Shown here one piece after another: positions 11,101 to 19,518 of a stretch of DNA of 61,994 nucleotides. Origin of the DNA: a virus (Duplodnaviria; Heunggongvirae; Uroviricota; Caudoviricetes); the IMG/VR virus record IMGVR_UViG_3300033463_000016, positions 1 through 61,994 of that record, one strand, 5' to 3'. Position numbers and translations under genes: made by a program. Under the pieces are notes generated by a model. The model was not told the origin of the DNA. It saw only the letters and a list, made by a program, of their open reading frames with translations, and did not search any database. Each line of letters starts with the position of its first letter. Position 1 is the first letter of the stretch.

Positions 11101-14100
11101 AAAAATACTATGGAATTCGTTAATTGTGTGGTATTTATTCAAGAAACTGCTGACAACGTAAATACACATAGAGAGTTTGCCGATAAAAACTGGCATTTTT
11201 ATGCTCTTGGCAATTTAGGAGATGCGAAGAAAACTGACTCAACAAGAGTGAATGATAAAAATGATCCTAAAGAATTTGTTGTTGAAATTAAGGATAATTA
11301 TAAACCAAATTCCGGTTTTAACACAGGAACGGATTCGTATCCAATCAGTTCTGGACAGTGGGTAGCGGGTAATTCTGCGTATGATTCTCTCTACAACAAT
11401 TGGGATACCTCTTTTGAGTTCCGCTACACAAAAGCAGAGTATGATCCAAAGAATAATATTACAAGCCCACAGGCGGAAGCTAATAAGCAAAAGTGGCGTG
11501 ATTTCTACGAATGGGTTATTACTTCATCTGATGCTAACTTTGTAGCACAACTTGGTAATTGGTTTATCGTTGATTCTGCTTTATACTTCTATGTATTTAC
11601 ACATCGTTATACTATGATTGATAACCGTGCTAAAAATACATTCTGGCATTGGAGCAAGGTTTATATAACCGAAGCAGAAGCCGCTGAATTGGGAGAAACA
11701 GAAGCAAGTTACTACACTGTAGATAATGCTAAAGCTGCCATCAATGAGGGCTATCGTTTTGAGATGTGGGGTTATGACTTCGATACTGCGCTTGGTATTA
11801 ACAACTCAGGTGTAATGAGTAAACAATACCGTTATGGTAGAGAAGATAGCGACTACAGAGAAGAAGGCGACTCAACATCTGGCTATCTTTACAATGAGGC
11901 GACAAGTGTATTCTGGTGTAGATTACGCGATTTAATGCCTTCAGAAATTGAGGGAATGTATAAGACTGTTGCCGAAAATCACGGTACAGCTTGGGATGCA
12001 GAACACTTCATCGAAGAATTTGATGAATGGCAAGCACAGTTCCCGGAAGAAATTTGGAGATTAAATTACGAAAGAGAATATACCCGTACATATCAATCTG
12101 GTACAGATAGATTTATGACCCAAATGATGCAAGGCAGGAAGAAATATCACCGTAGACAATGGGAACGCGATCAGGCTCCTTATTTTGGAACTAAATATGG
12201 ATTGCCGTATTACAAAAATACAGATCGTATTTCATTCAGATGTAATACTCCTATTTTTGAAGTTGATCCGAGTCGTGTGTTTGCTACTCAAGCGACCGCC
12301 AACACATATCTTTCATCTGCGAATGCGGCGGCAGAACAAAACGTTAAAATCAAGCAGCAAGATAACTCTTATAAGTTATATGTTATTAAATCAGTCAACA
12401 ATGCATTGACATATATTCCGATCGTTGAACCAAATTATGATTTAACAATCACACCATTCTCTGATATTTATTTGAATGCTGAATTTGGTAACGAGGGTGA
12501 AACAACTGAAAGAATTGCTATTAGAGCAAAAGCTGGACAATCATATACTATTGAATGCCCCGAAAACAGAAGAATGACAAGTACAATGATTAAAATATAT
12601 TGTGCTTCACGTATTCAGGCTTTAAGCGATTTATCTCCTTGTTATATTGAAGATAACGATTTCAGCAAGGCAAAGAAATTAAGAGAATTAATTATCGGTA
12701 ACGATACTCTTGGTTATAAGAGCTTTATTACTTCACTTACTTTGAGTAATAACCAAATCCTTGAAGTATTAAATATTGAGAATTGTAATACGTTTACAGA
12801 TCAATCGGTTGATTTATCTAATTGTGGTAATCTTGAAGAATTCTATGCTGAAGGAAGCAATATTACGGAAGTTGTATTTGCTAACTACGGAAAAGTGAAC
12901 ACCGTGGAAATGCCTAATACACTTGTAAATCTTACAATGAGAAATCTAAATAATCTTGAAGATAATGATTTTAGTTTACCAACATACAACACTATGCGCA
13001 ATGTTACTCTTGTTAATGGTGTTCTTGACACAAAGACTCTTATGGGTAATTTGAGTCCATACTTAACAACTCTGTATCTATCAGGATTTGATTGGTCATT
13101 CGGTTCTGTTGATTTTACTGATCCGTCAAACTTCTTGATTGAAAAACTTTATAATGTCAACAGTGTAACTCTAAAAGGAACTATTAGATTAGATAGAATC
13201 CCACAGAGATATGTAACCAAATATGCTGAAAAGTGGGGTTCTGATTTCCACATTGTAGGTACGGTTATTCCCGAATACAGTATTACTTTTATCAACGATG
13301 ATAAAACGGCAATTTTATCGAAGTCTGATAACACTACTCCATATGTGGAGTGGGTAGATGGAGAGAGTGCAACATACAATCCGATTACCGAAAATCTTGT
13401 TAATACGCCTACAAAAGCACAGTCAGACAAATATACTTATACATTTAGCCATTGGGCTGTATATGCAAACAATACTGTTGGTGCTGAATATACATTTGGT
13501 CGTGTATTATCGTCAAATATCACCCTTATTGCTGTTTATACAAGCACTTTGAGAACATTCACTGTTAATTGGTACACCGCTCCGGTGAATACAAATATTC
13601 TGTCAGGAGAATGGAACTCAAAGAACAATTTGGCTAATAGAGGCGAACCGCTACATACTGAAACAAACGTGCAGTACGGTTCGGAAGTATCTTATGATAT
13701 TGCTCAAAAGATCATTTGCACCAATGGTTCTTACGGCGGTATGGATTATATTGAAAGTTACTCATTCATCTCGTGGAATGACTCTACCGGATGTGTAACT
13801 GGAAATATGGATGTCTATGCTGTTTGGCGTTATGCGAAGATTTATAAGAGCAATGGAAACCTGATTCTTGAAGATGCTTTGAGCAACAGAAAGAAATTGA
13901 AGGATATGACATCTGCTGAAATCGCGGCTGTTTGTGCTAATGGTGAAGCAACAACATTCTTCGATGACAAAGATTACTTTGATTTCGTTATGGGTCACGA
14001 TTATACATTCTCTAATGTGGATCAATATGAAATCGTACCTCTCGGAGAAGAATTGCATCTTGATGGTATCACACCGGTTATTCCCGTAGATAGTCAAGGT

Positions 14101-15513
14101 CATCAATTCAAGTTATTCTCCGCTGATGCTCCTTCATTTACTATGGCAATTGATTATCAATTCTCAAACGATGTAAATGATTATGCTCCGGCTGATGAGA
14201 AAACATTAGTTTCTTGTTTCGCAAATCCAGATAACGGTAATGATGGCTTTGCTTTAAGGTATAAGTCAAACAAAGCAAATATTCTTTGGGGCGATAAAAA
14301 TCAGAATGTAGCAACTGAAAAGAATCGTGATATGGTTGTTTTACGTCATAAACAAGGTAGTGATGTATTATATATCTATGCTTTTAATGGTGCCGATCTG
14401 CAAGCAAATTACTATTCAAATAAAATTGTAACTGCAACTTTGACTCGCACATCATTCAGTGATACCGATGCTCCGCTTGTATTTGGTGGAATTGCTGAAT
14501 ATGATTCAGGAAATCATACATATACCGCCACTGATACATCTACCTATATAGGCGCAGGTGTGATCTTCTGGTGTAAGATATGGTATGATGATCTTGGCGA
14601 TGCAGTTGCAAGAAAACTTGCTTCTTGGACACGCGACGAAGATCGTCAAGAATATTTCGAGGTACAATTGGATTCTGCTGGAACACTTTTCGGTAGCCCA
14701 TATGTTATGACTGGCACTTCGACAAATGCAAGTGCATCGTTTATGTCTAACAACCTATTGAGATACCTGCATCAAATGAATAGCGGTAACTACAATAGAG
14801 GTGGTTGGGGTGGTGACACAACATCTACCGCAACATATGAGGCATCGATGCACTACTTTATGCAGAACAAGTTCTATCCTGCGATACCTGATGAAATAAG
14901 GAATCTTATTGTTCAAGTTAAAGTGCCTTCTACTGTTGGTAATAGTTCATCTACACTTGCCAATTACGATAGTTACACTTACATTCCTTGTTTGAGGGAA
15001 GTCACACCTGCTAATGATGGTACAAGTAAGAACGAACCATACTTATCAGAAGGTTCTTGCATCAGTTGGAACACAACTCAATACCGTAGAATATGTTTCC
15101 GAGATGTTATTACGTTGGATACCTCTTTACTTGCTAATGGCAACCAGAAATTCACTGGCTCGTCAGAACCTATTTTTGGTCAGAATAAAGGCTTCTATGA
15201 CGCTGACAGTAATCCAAATGGCGTTAGGGAGTATGATATTTGGTATATCGATAACAACACGGCAAGTAGGATTTATCTATCCGCAGCAACTCTGAGGAAG
15301 AAGAACATCACGCCTACCGTTTGGATTACTCAGGGAACTGAGCGTATCGGCGGTTGGGTAGGCGCCAATAACTATTTCTTGCGTTCTCCGTATGCCGGTG
15401 CCACTAACTATTTCTGGGGTGTGGACTACAGTGGAGTTACCAACTACAACAGCGCTTACAACTGGAATGGCGTGCGTCCCTGCTTCTCATTCTATGCTAC
15501 TATTACTCAATAA
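8140..15513 (+). CDS. 2457-aa DGR target protein (receptor-binding/adhesin-like): LamG-like, CotH-kinase-like, LRR-like and B-repeat-like regions, C-terminal C-type-lectin-fold (DUF6273-like) variable domain
   Basis: GGAGGTG SD. VR occupies codons 2407-2451 ('YFLRSP...GVRPCF'). 'DNRAKN' and 'YDFD' are CotH-like motifs; 'LEVLNIENC/LEEFYAEGS' are LRR-like. Confidence 0.85.
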   Translation: MPNQIIGRISPGASPTAEDTRVFDTETALNNYLASPRAKAGQGIKLLDSTSGRYKAYIIQGTAGSFEKTPMGAGDYVGNSLPSVADGDRDLIYFIYDSEDDLYRQYRFNGTKYVLVGGNSYDKSQTYTNTEIDTKLADKQESYVASSLPIDGDENTDYYIGNSQDGFVHYRYFGGLIDEFIAVGGDSYTKEEVDNKIASKVVYYYYLSYGTAIVEENNEQIEKNNILRLWRYTDPSNVGDTTGEVGEVVKWIEIQGGGSGSTRATNMTFERVTPANIVTSAGAVESDGIIITASFSDYESDGGEAVSATYTVSVGNKVVETGVAVQCKDSSNNQLYDEDENPIYNVFDVTQYCSSGQQTISIAITDEYGNMVIRKWNVEIIDIRIESQFDDSYSRAIGSQINFTYKLFGSTSKVVHFILDGVEIGTLTTTGTGETTYPIASTYATYGTHFLDCYVTTVVNGTTIYSNHIYKDIVCYDVAGSVPVIGSMYRYDSDSHIGYGVVRINQYDTLNIPYTVYDPSTSSPTVTLSVDGMTVNTLELSSHSNVWAFKGSEIGSHTLIISCGATSIEIDVDVIDLGYDIAPVTSGLAFDFDPTGITNSSSNRLWTDENDSNVKLSVSENFDWDNGGYQIDSTTGESYFLVKAGTRATISYNLFGTNPKYDGAEFKIVFKTSNVRDVEATFLSCLSDSIGLRMDVHSAILANSTNIQNPLWLPYSEEDIIEFEYNINPSVNGLSYRPLIMTYEDGVPFKPLSYTSGTFNSTTGEWDGGAQLHQTTPVPITIGSDDCDVYIYRMKAYNTFLSDSQILNNFIADSRNSETMVKRYTRNQIYTQDNKLTPESVAEACPNLRVIKISAPYFTNDKDEKVPDTTIECIYKNGDPILENWIATGCKHSGQGTTSNDYGFAGRNLLLYLNDSNTVITLGDEETTVNKVALSYDRQTPTSIPTNVFNIKVNIASSENANNALLAKRFNDYLPYKMPAQKRDSRVKNTMEFVNCVVFIQETADNVNTHREFADKNWHFYALGNLGDAKKTDSTRVNDKNDPKEFVVEIKDNYKPNSGFNTGTDSYPISSGQWVAGNSAYDSLYNNWDTSFEFRYTKAEYDPKNNITSPQAEANKQKWRDFYEWVITSSDANFVAQLGNWFIVDSALYFYVFTHRYTMIDNRAKNTFWHWSKVYITEAEAAELGETEASYYTVDNAKAAINEGYRFEMWGYDFDTALGINNSGVMSKQYRYGREDSDYREEGDSTSGYLYNEATSVFWCRLRDLMPSEIEGMYKTVAENHGTAWDAEHFIEEFDEWQAQFPEEIWRLNYEREYTRTYQSGTDRFMTQMMQGRKKYHRRQWERDQAPYFGTKYGLPYYKNTDRISFRCNTPIFEVDPSRVFATQATANTYLSSANAAAEQNVKIKQQDNSYKLYVIKSVNNALTYIPIVEPNYDLTITPFSDIYLNAEFGNEGETTERIAIRAKAGQSYTIECPENRRMTSTMIKIYCASRIQALSDLSPCYIEDNDFSKAKKLRELIIGNDTLGYKSFITSLTLSNNQILEVLNIENCNTFTDQSVDLSNCGNLEEFYAEGSNITEVVFANYGKVNTVEMPNTLVNLTMRNLNNLEDNDFSLPTYNTMRNVTLVNGVLDTKTLMGNLSPYLTTLYLSGFDWSFGSVDFTDPSNFLIEKLYNVNSVTLKGTIRLDRIPQRYVTKYAEKWGSDFHIVGTVIPEYSITFINDDKTAILSKSDNTTPYVEWVDGESATYNPITENLVNTPTKAQSDKYTYTFSHWAVYANNTVGAEYTFGRVLSSNITLIAVYTSTLRTFTVNWYTAPVNTNILSGEWNSKNNLANRGEPLHTETNVQYGSEVSYDIAQKIICTNGSYGGMDYIESYSFISWNDSTGCVTGNMDVYAVWRYAKIYKSNGNLILEDALSNRKKLKDMTSAEIAAVCANGEATTFFDDKDYFDFVMGHDYTFSNVDQYEIVPLGEELHLDGITPVIPVDSQGHQFKLFSADAPSFTMAIDYQFSNDVNDYAPADEKTLVSCFANPDNGNDGFALRYKSNKANILWGDKNQNVATEKNRDMVVLRHKQGSDVLYIYAFNGADLQANYYSNKIVTATLTRTSFSDTDAPLVFGGIAEYDSGNHTYTATDTSTYIGAGVIFWCKIWYDDLGDAVARKLASWTRDEDRQEYFEVQLDSAGTLFGSPYVMTGTSTNASASFMSNNLLRYLHQMNSGNYNRGGWGGDTTSTATYEASMHYFMQNKFYPAIPDEIRNLIVQVKVPSTVGNSSSTLANYDSYTYIPCLREVTPANDGTSKNEPYLSEGSCISWNTTQYRRICFRDVITLDTSLLANGNQKFTGSSEPIFGQNKGFYDADSNPNGVREYDIWYIDNNTASRIYLSAATLRKKNITPTVWITQGTERIGGWVGANNYFLRSPYAGATNYFWGVDYSGVTNYNSAYNWNGVRPCFSFYATITQ
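15358..15491 (+). repeat. DGR variable repeat (VR)
   Basis: 134-bp ungapped match to 16426-16559 with 14 mismatches, all at TR adenines. Confidence 0.97.
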
Positions 15514-15523
15514 CTTTACAACA

Positions 15524-15571
15524 AAGTCCCTACAAATCTGGCGGTAACTCGCTTACCGCTTGTAGGGGCTT
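15524..15571 (+). promoter_or_regulatory. Hairpin/cruciform downstream of VR (DGR target-recognition element and/or terminator)
   Basis: Outer stem AAGTCCCTACAA/TTGTAGGGGCTT (one GU pair), 5-nt bulge, inner stem GCGGTAA/TTACCGC with a 5-nt loop. Confidence 0.65.
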
Positions 15572-15596
15572 ATTAAATACGTGACAGTTATATTCA

Positions 15597-16400
15597 ATGA
15601 GTGTAATAACAGCGAAAAGACATACAGCAAAGAGCGAGTTTGAGCATACATTCTCGCTCTTTTATGCTGATTCGAGAAGATTACTATCTAAAGTCCCTAA
15701 AAGACGTGAAAGATTTATTTGTCCAAAAATTATTTGGCTTAATAATTCTATTTACAACGACTTGATGATAGTGCAGGAGATTTTATTTACAAAGCAAAAA
15801 GATAAAAAGATTGAGAAGCAAAACCGAATTAAAAACGCATTAGAGAAAATTGCGGAATTGGAAAAACCTATTATGGTATATTCAAATATTATGGCAATGC
15901 CTTTTGATAAACAGTGTAATTGGTGTAAAACACTTAATAAGGAAATTGCCTTATTAAATGGAATGTTGGAAAACGAGTCTGATAAATCCAACTGTAGAAT
16001 TGAAGTATTAGATTGGGAAAAGATACACAAATTTAAAGCCGTGAATAATATGTGTTCTTTACATAGATATACTCACGGCAAAGCCGTTAGAGCGGTCAAT
16101 ATATTCGATAATGGAGATACAGCGTTGGTTATCGAATTAATTGATGAAGCATTTTATAACGTCATTAAGGCAAATTCCTCTTTTCCAAATAATAAAGAGG
16201 AATATGAAATGAGGATCAAGCGGATTGAAAGGGCGTTACAATGCTTAAATGAAATTCAAAGACCTATGTTATCTTACTTTAATGTTATGAAATATAGCAA
16301 TAGAGTTATGAGAGAATGGTCAGATATTTTGAATAAGGAAATAAAGCTATTAAAAGGTTTGCAGAAGTCCGATAAAAAGCGGTTCTGCAAACTTTCTTAA
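15597..16400 (+). CDS. avd: DGR accessory protein, Avd-like, tandem two-domain form (267 aa)
   Basis: Lies between VR and TR; basic and helical; 'MSV...KR' start and 'EI.LLKG..KSD.KR' end; internal duplication with 18/46 identity, ungapped. Confidence 0.8.
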   Translation: MSVITAKRHTAKSEFEHTFSLFYADSRRLLSKVPKRRERFICPKIIWLNNSIYNDLMIVQEILFTKQKDKKIEKQNRIKNALEKIAELEKPIMVYSNIMAMPFDKQCNWCKTLNKEIALLNGMLENESDKSNCRIEVLDWEKIHKFKAVNNMCSLHRYTHGKAVRAVNIFDNGDTALVIELIDEAFYNVIKANSSFPNNKEEYEMRIKRIERALQCLNEIQRPMLSYFNVMKYSNRVMREWSDILNKEIKLLKGLQKSDKKRFCKLS

Positions 16401-16425
16401 TATACACACTGGTTAAATCCTATAC

Positions 16426-16559
16426 GTAGGCGCCAATAACTATTTCTTGCGTTCTCCGAATACCGGTAACACTAACAATTTCTGGAATGTGAACAACAAT
16501 GGAGTTACCAACAACAACAACGCTAACAACTGGAATGGCGTGCGTCCCTGATTCTCATT
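16426..16559 (+). ncRNA. DGR template repeat (TR)
   Basis: Non-coding near-copy of VR with 42 adenines and 17 AAY triplets in the VR reading frame. Confidence 0.97.
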
Positions 16560-16871
16560 TTGTAGTAGCTATGTATTAAGAGTGAATTGAGATTAGGCGA
16601 TCTTTTGGATTGTCCGATATTTTCATAGGAATTGAGAAGGAGGATTTGACCATCTATTTGAAAAAATAGTAAATAATATGTTTTTGTGTTTAATGAAAAC
16701 TCGCTGTTGTGGCGATCCGTTACGGTTGAGTGGAACGCTTCTTGCATAGATAAGAGTTTGCTGAACTTATTTTTATACTCAACTATGTTAGCCGGTTACA
16801 GCAAAATATACAAAGGCTAAACGGAGGAAAAGACTAAATAACTAAATACAATACGAAAGGAGGTAGTATTT

Positions 16872-18161
16872 TTGAATCAAAAAGAAAGAATCAGAGCAAG
16901 GATTGAAAGAGATAAGGCACGTCGGGCTGCCAAGAAAGCTCTACGCAATGAGAAAACAAAAGCTGACGACTATGATAAAGTTATGACAATGCAGAATTAT
17001 TATGGTGCTTTGAAGAAATGTCGTAAGGGCGTTATGTGGAAAGGAAAGCCACAGAAGTATTGTCAAACTTCAAACACACAGGTTACAGGAACTTTGGAAC
17101 ATATAGATGATTATGAGTTGCCGCCATTAGAGAATACTTCTCAAATTACTTTATATGAACGCGGTAAGAAAAGAATCATTACACCAATCCAATTTAGTGA
17201 TCGAATGACTCAACGTGTCCTCTGCGATTACTCTTTGATTCCGATAATTCAGCCAACCTTGATTTACGATAATGGTGCAAGCACTGAAGGAAAGGGAACT
17301 GATTTTGCTCGGAAAAGAGTTGAAATGTTTTTAAGGGACTCCATTAAAGAATACGGTGAAGATTTTTACATCTTATCATTTGATTTCAAGAGCTTTTTCG
17401 ATAGCATCCCACATTCGACCTGCTACAATGTTCTGAATGAATATTATTCTGACAAAAGAATTGTTGAACTAATTATTGAGGTGGTTAAGTCTTATCAAAG
17501 ACCAGAAATATTAAAGATAGAAGATGATTCAAAAAGAACACTCCTGTTAGATTTACTTGAAAATAACCAAATGAAGGGAATCTGTCTTGGTAGCCAAATA
17601 TCTCAAATACTCGCTTTGGTTGTGCCTAATCAGTTGGATCACTACATAAAGGACAAGCAACGTATGAAGCGGTATGTTAGATATATGGATGACGGAATTA
17701 TAATTCATAAGAATAAAGAAGTTTTACAAGAATTGTATGAAGGTATGAGAGATGTTTGTAATAATTTAGGATTAACGTTTAATGAAAAGAAAACGAAAAT
17801 TGTGAAAGCTACAAAAGGCTTTTCTTTCCTAAAGATCAAATACCGTGTTGTTGGTTCACGTCTTGTAAAGACCCTGGCAAGGAGTGGGATAGTTAGAATG
17901 AGGAGGAAACTTAAAAAGTTTAAGATCAAAGTTGATAATGGCGTAATGAAATTGGACGATGTGTATAATTCTATGCAATCGTGGTTGTCACACGCCAAGT
18001 TAGCCCAATCCTATCATACGGTCAGGAGTATGTTGAAATTATATGATGAATTATTTGATGGTTATAAAATAACTAAGAAATATTTTAAAAAGGAGGACAA
18101 CAATGAGATATTACAAAGTGATAAATGGGCTGAATTTCGTTGGGATAGCTACGACGACTGA
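16872..18161 (+). CDS. DGR reverse transcriptase
   Basis: AAGGAGG SD with TTG start; 'DFKSFFDSI', 'GICLGSQISQ' (GxxxSQ, typical of DGR RTs) and 'YVRYMDD'; no intron maturase or endonuclease extension. Confidence 0.95.
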   Translation: MNQKERIRARIERDKARRAAKKALRNEKTKADDYDKVMTMQNYYGALKKCRKGVMWKGKPQKYCQTSNTQVTGTLEHIDDYELPPLENTSQITLYERGKKRIITPIQFSDRMTQRVLCDYSLIPIIQPTLIYDNGASTEGKGTDFARKRVEMFLRDSIKEYGEDFYILSFDFKSFFDSIPHSTCYNVLNEYYSDKRIVELIIEVVKSYQRPEILKIEDDSKRTLLLDLLENNQMKGICLGSQISQILALVVPNQLDHYIKDKQRMKRYVRYMDDGIIIHKNKEVLQELYEGMRDVCNNLGLTFNEKKTKIVKATKGFSFLKIKYRVVGSRLVKTLARSGIVRMRRKLKKFKIKVDNGVMKLDDVYNSMQSWLSHAKLAQSYHTVRSMLKLYDELFDGYKITKKYFKKEDNNEILQSDKWAEFRWDSYDD

Positions 18162-18846
18162 ACTGCGAAAAATTCAGTTACAACATAATATTTTAATCTC
18201 CTGTGCAGAACAAGATGCAGAGTGTGTCCAAATTGAAAATGACTATTATCACGCTGGTTGGATGAAATCTGTTAGAGAAGATATTGGAGCAGTATTCGCG
18301 GAAGTAATTGAGATTGATAAAGAAGAATACGATGAACTTATTGAAATGATTGAGCGTGATGAGGAAATTGAACCATATCCCGAACCAGAACCGGAGCCTG
18401 AACCTGTTCCCGATCCTGAACAGGAGGATATAACGGTTGCTTATGCTAAGAAGCTCAAATTAAAAGAAATGAGTAATACTTGTGAAAATAACATATTTGC
18501 TGGAATTGATGTGGTTCTTTCAGACGAAGAAACGCATCATTTTTCTTTGACCGAGTACGATCAGCTAAATATATTCAAATTAGAAACATTAGCTCGTTCC
18601 GGCGAACAAGTATTGCCTTATCACGAAGATGGTGAACTATGCAAGTTTTATCCCGCCGCAGATATTATCACTATTGCCGATGCTGCTACTCAGTATATTA
18701 CATATCACACCACGTATTTCAATAGTTTGAAAGCATATATTAATTCGTTGCGTTCTGTCAATACGATAAGCAGAGTGACCTATGGTATGGAAATCCCCGA
18801 AAAGTATCAATCAGAGGTTTGGAAAGAGATTAATCAATATGAATAA
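18103..18846 (+). CDS. Tail-fibre-associated/assembly chaperone-like protein (DUF4376-like C-terminus, PE-repeat linker)
   Basis: AAGGAGG SD inside the RT 3' end; PEPEPEPVP linker; 'HFSLT..DQ.N...YHEDGE.C..Y' C-terminal domain. Confidence 0.55.
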   Translation: MRYYKVINGLNFVGIATTTELRKIQLQHNILISCAEQDAECVQIENDYYHAGWMKSVREDIGAVFAEVIEIDKEEYDELIEMIERDEEIEPYPEPEPEPEPVPDPEQEDITVAYAKKLKLKEMSNTCENNIFAGIDVVLSDEETHHFSLTEYDQLNIFKLETLARSGEQVLPYHEDGELCKFYPAADIITIADAATQYITYHTTYFNSLKAYINSLRSVNTISRVTYGMEIPEKYQSEVWKEINQYE

Positions 18847-19261
18847 TCTTAGAACTATCGGTAAATATCTAATCCTCTTAATTGTTGGTGGATTTGTTTA
18901 TTGCGGAATTGAACTTCTTTGGCGCGGTCATACACATTGGACGATGTTTATAGTAGGTGGAATATGTTTTATATTCTGCGGGAGTATCAACGAATTATTT
19001 GAATGGGATATGGCTTTGTGGAAACAAATGCTATGTTGTGCAATCGGAATAACTCTTATTGAGTTCTTTTCCGGCTTTATTATCAATGTAATATTTGATC
19101 TTGGCGTTTGGGATTACAGTAATCTTCCGCTTAACGTCATAGGTCAAATATCTTTGCCGTTTACTGTATTTTGGTTTTTCTTATCGGTTATCGCCATAGT
19201 GCTTGATGATTATTTGAGGTATTGGTGGTTCGGTGAAGAAAAACCGCGTTACAAATTGTGA
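18839..19261 (+). CDS. Multi-pass membrane protein (putative ABC-transporter-permease/CmpB-like family, frequent in Firmicutes phages)
   Basis: 'IELLWRGHTHWTM..VGG', 'EF.SG', 'WDYS..P.N..GQI.LPF'; ATG overlaps the upstream stop. Confidence 0.7.
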   Translation: MNNLRTIGKYLILLIVGGFVYCGIELLWRGHTHWTMFIVGGICFIFCGSINELFEWDMALWKQMLCCAIGITLIEFFSGFIINVIFDLGVWDYSNLPLNVIGQISLPFTVFWFFLSVIAIVLDDYLRYWWFGEEKPRYKL

Positions 19262-19268
19262 TGATGTT

Positions 19269-19457
19269 ATGGGTAAAGCATTTCGTAAACCGAAGCCAGA
19301 AATCCCATATTGGGAATGGCTCGATAGAGATAACTGTTGGTTTTGCAAAAACCGTAATAACTGCAATCAATGTAAAGCAAACCGAAAATTTGCTAAAGAA
19401 AATATGCCTAAGAAAATAAAAGGAAAACGCTATATTGACGATAAAACTGCTATTTGA
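19269..19457 (+). CDS. Small basic Cys-rich protein
   Basis: CWFC...CNQC motif; 62 aa from ATG 19269. Confidence 0.55.
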   Translation: MGKAFRKPKPEIPYWEWLDRDNCWFCKNRNNCNQCKANRKFAKENMPKKIKGKRYIDDKTAI

Positions 19458-19476
19458 TTATTAATAATCAGACAAA

Positions 19477-19513
19477 TAGGGCTATAAGATCACTCTTATA
19501 GCCCTAAATTTTT
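19477..19513. terminator. Terminator between the convergent late and integrase transcripts
   Basis: Perfect 13-bp stem TAGGGCTATAAGA-TCAC-TCTTATAGCCCTA at the strand switch. Confidence 0.85.
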
Positions 19514-19518
19514 GCGCT

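Noticed and set aside
16872-18161. Group II intron, retron or Abi RT
   Set aside because: GxxxSQ motif, no maturase or endonuclease extension, and an adjacent TR/VR/avd set identify it as a DGR RT.
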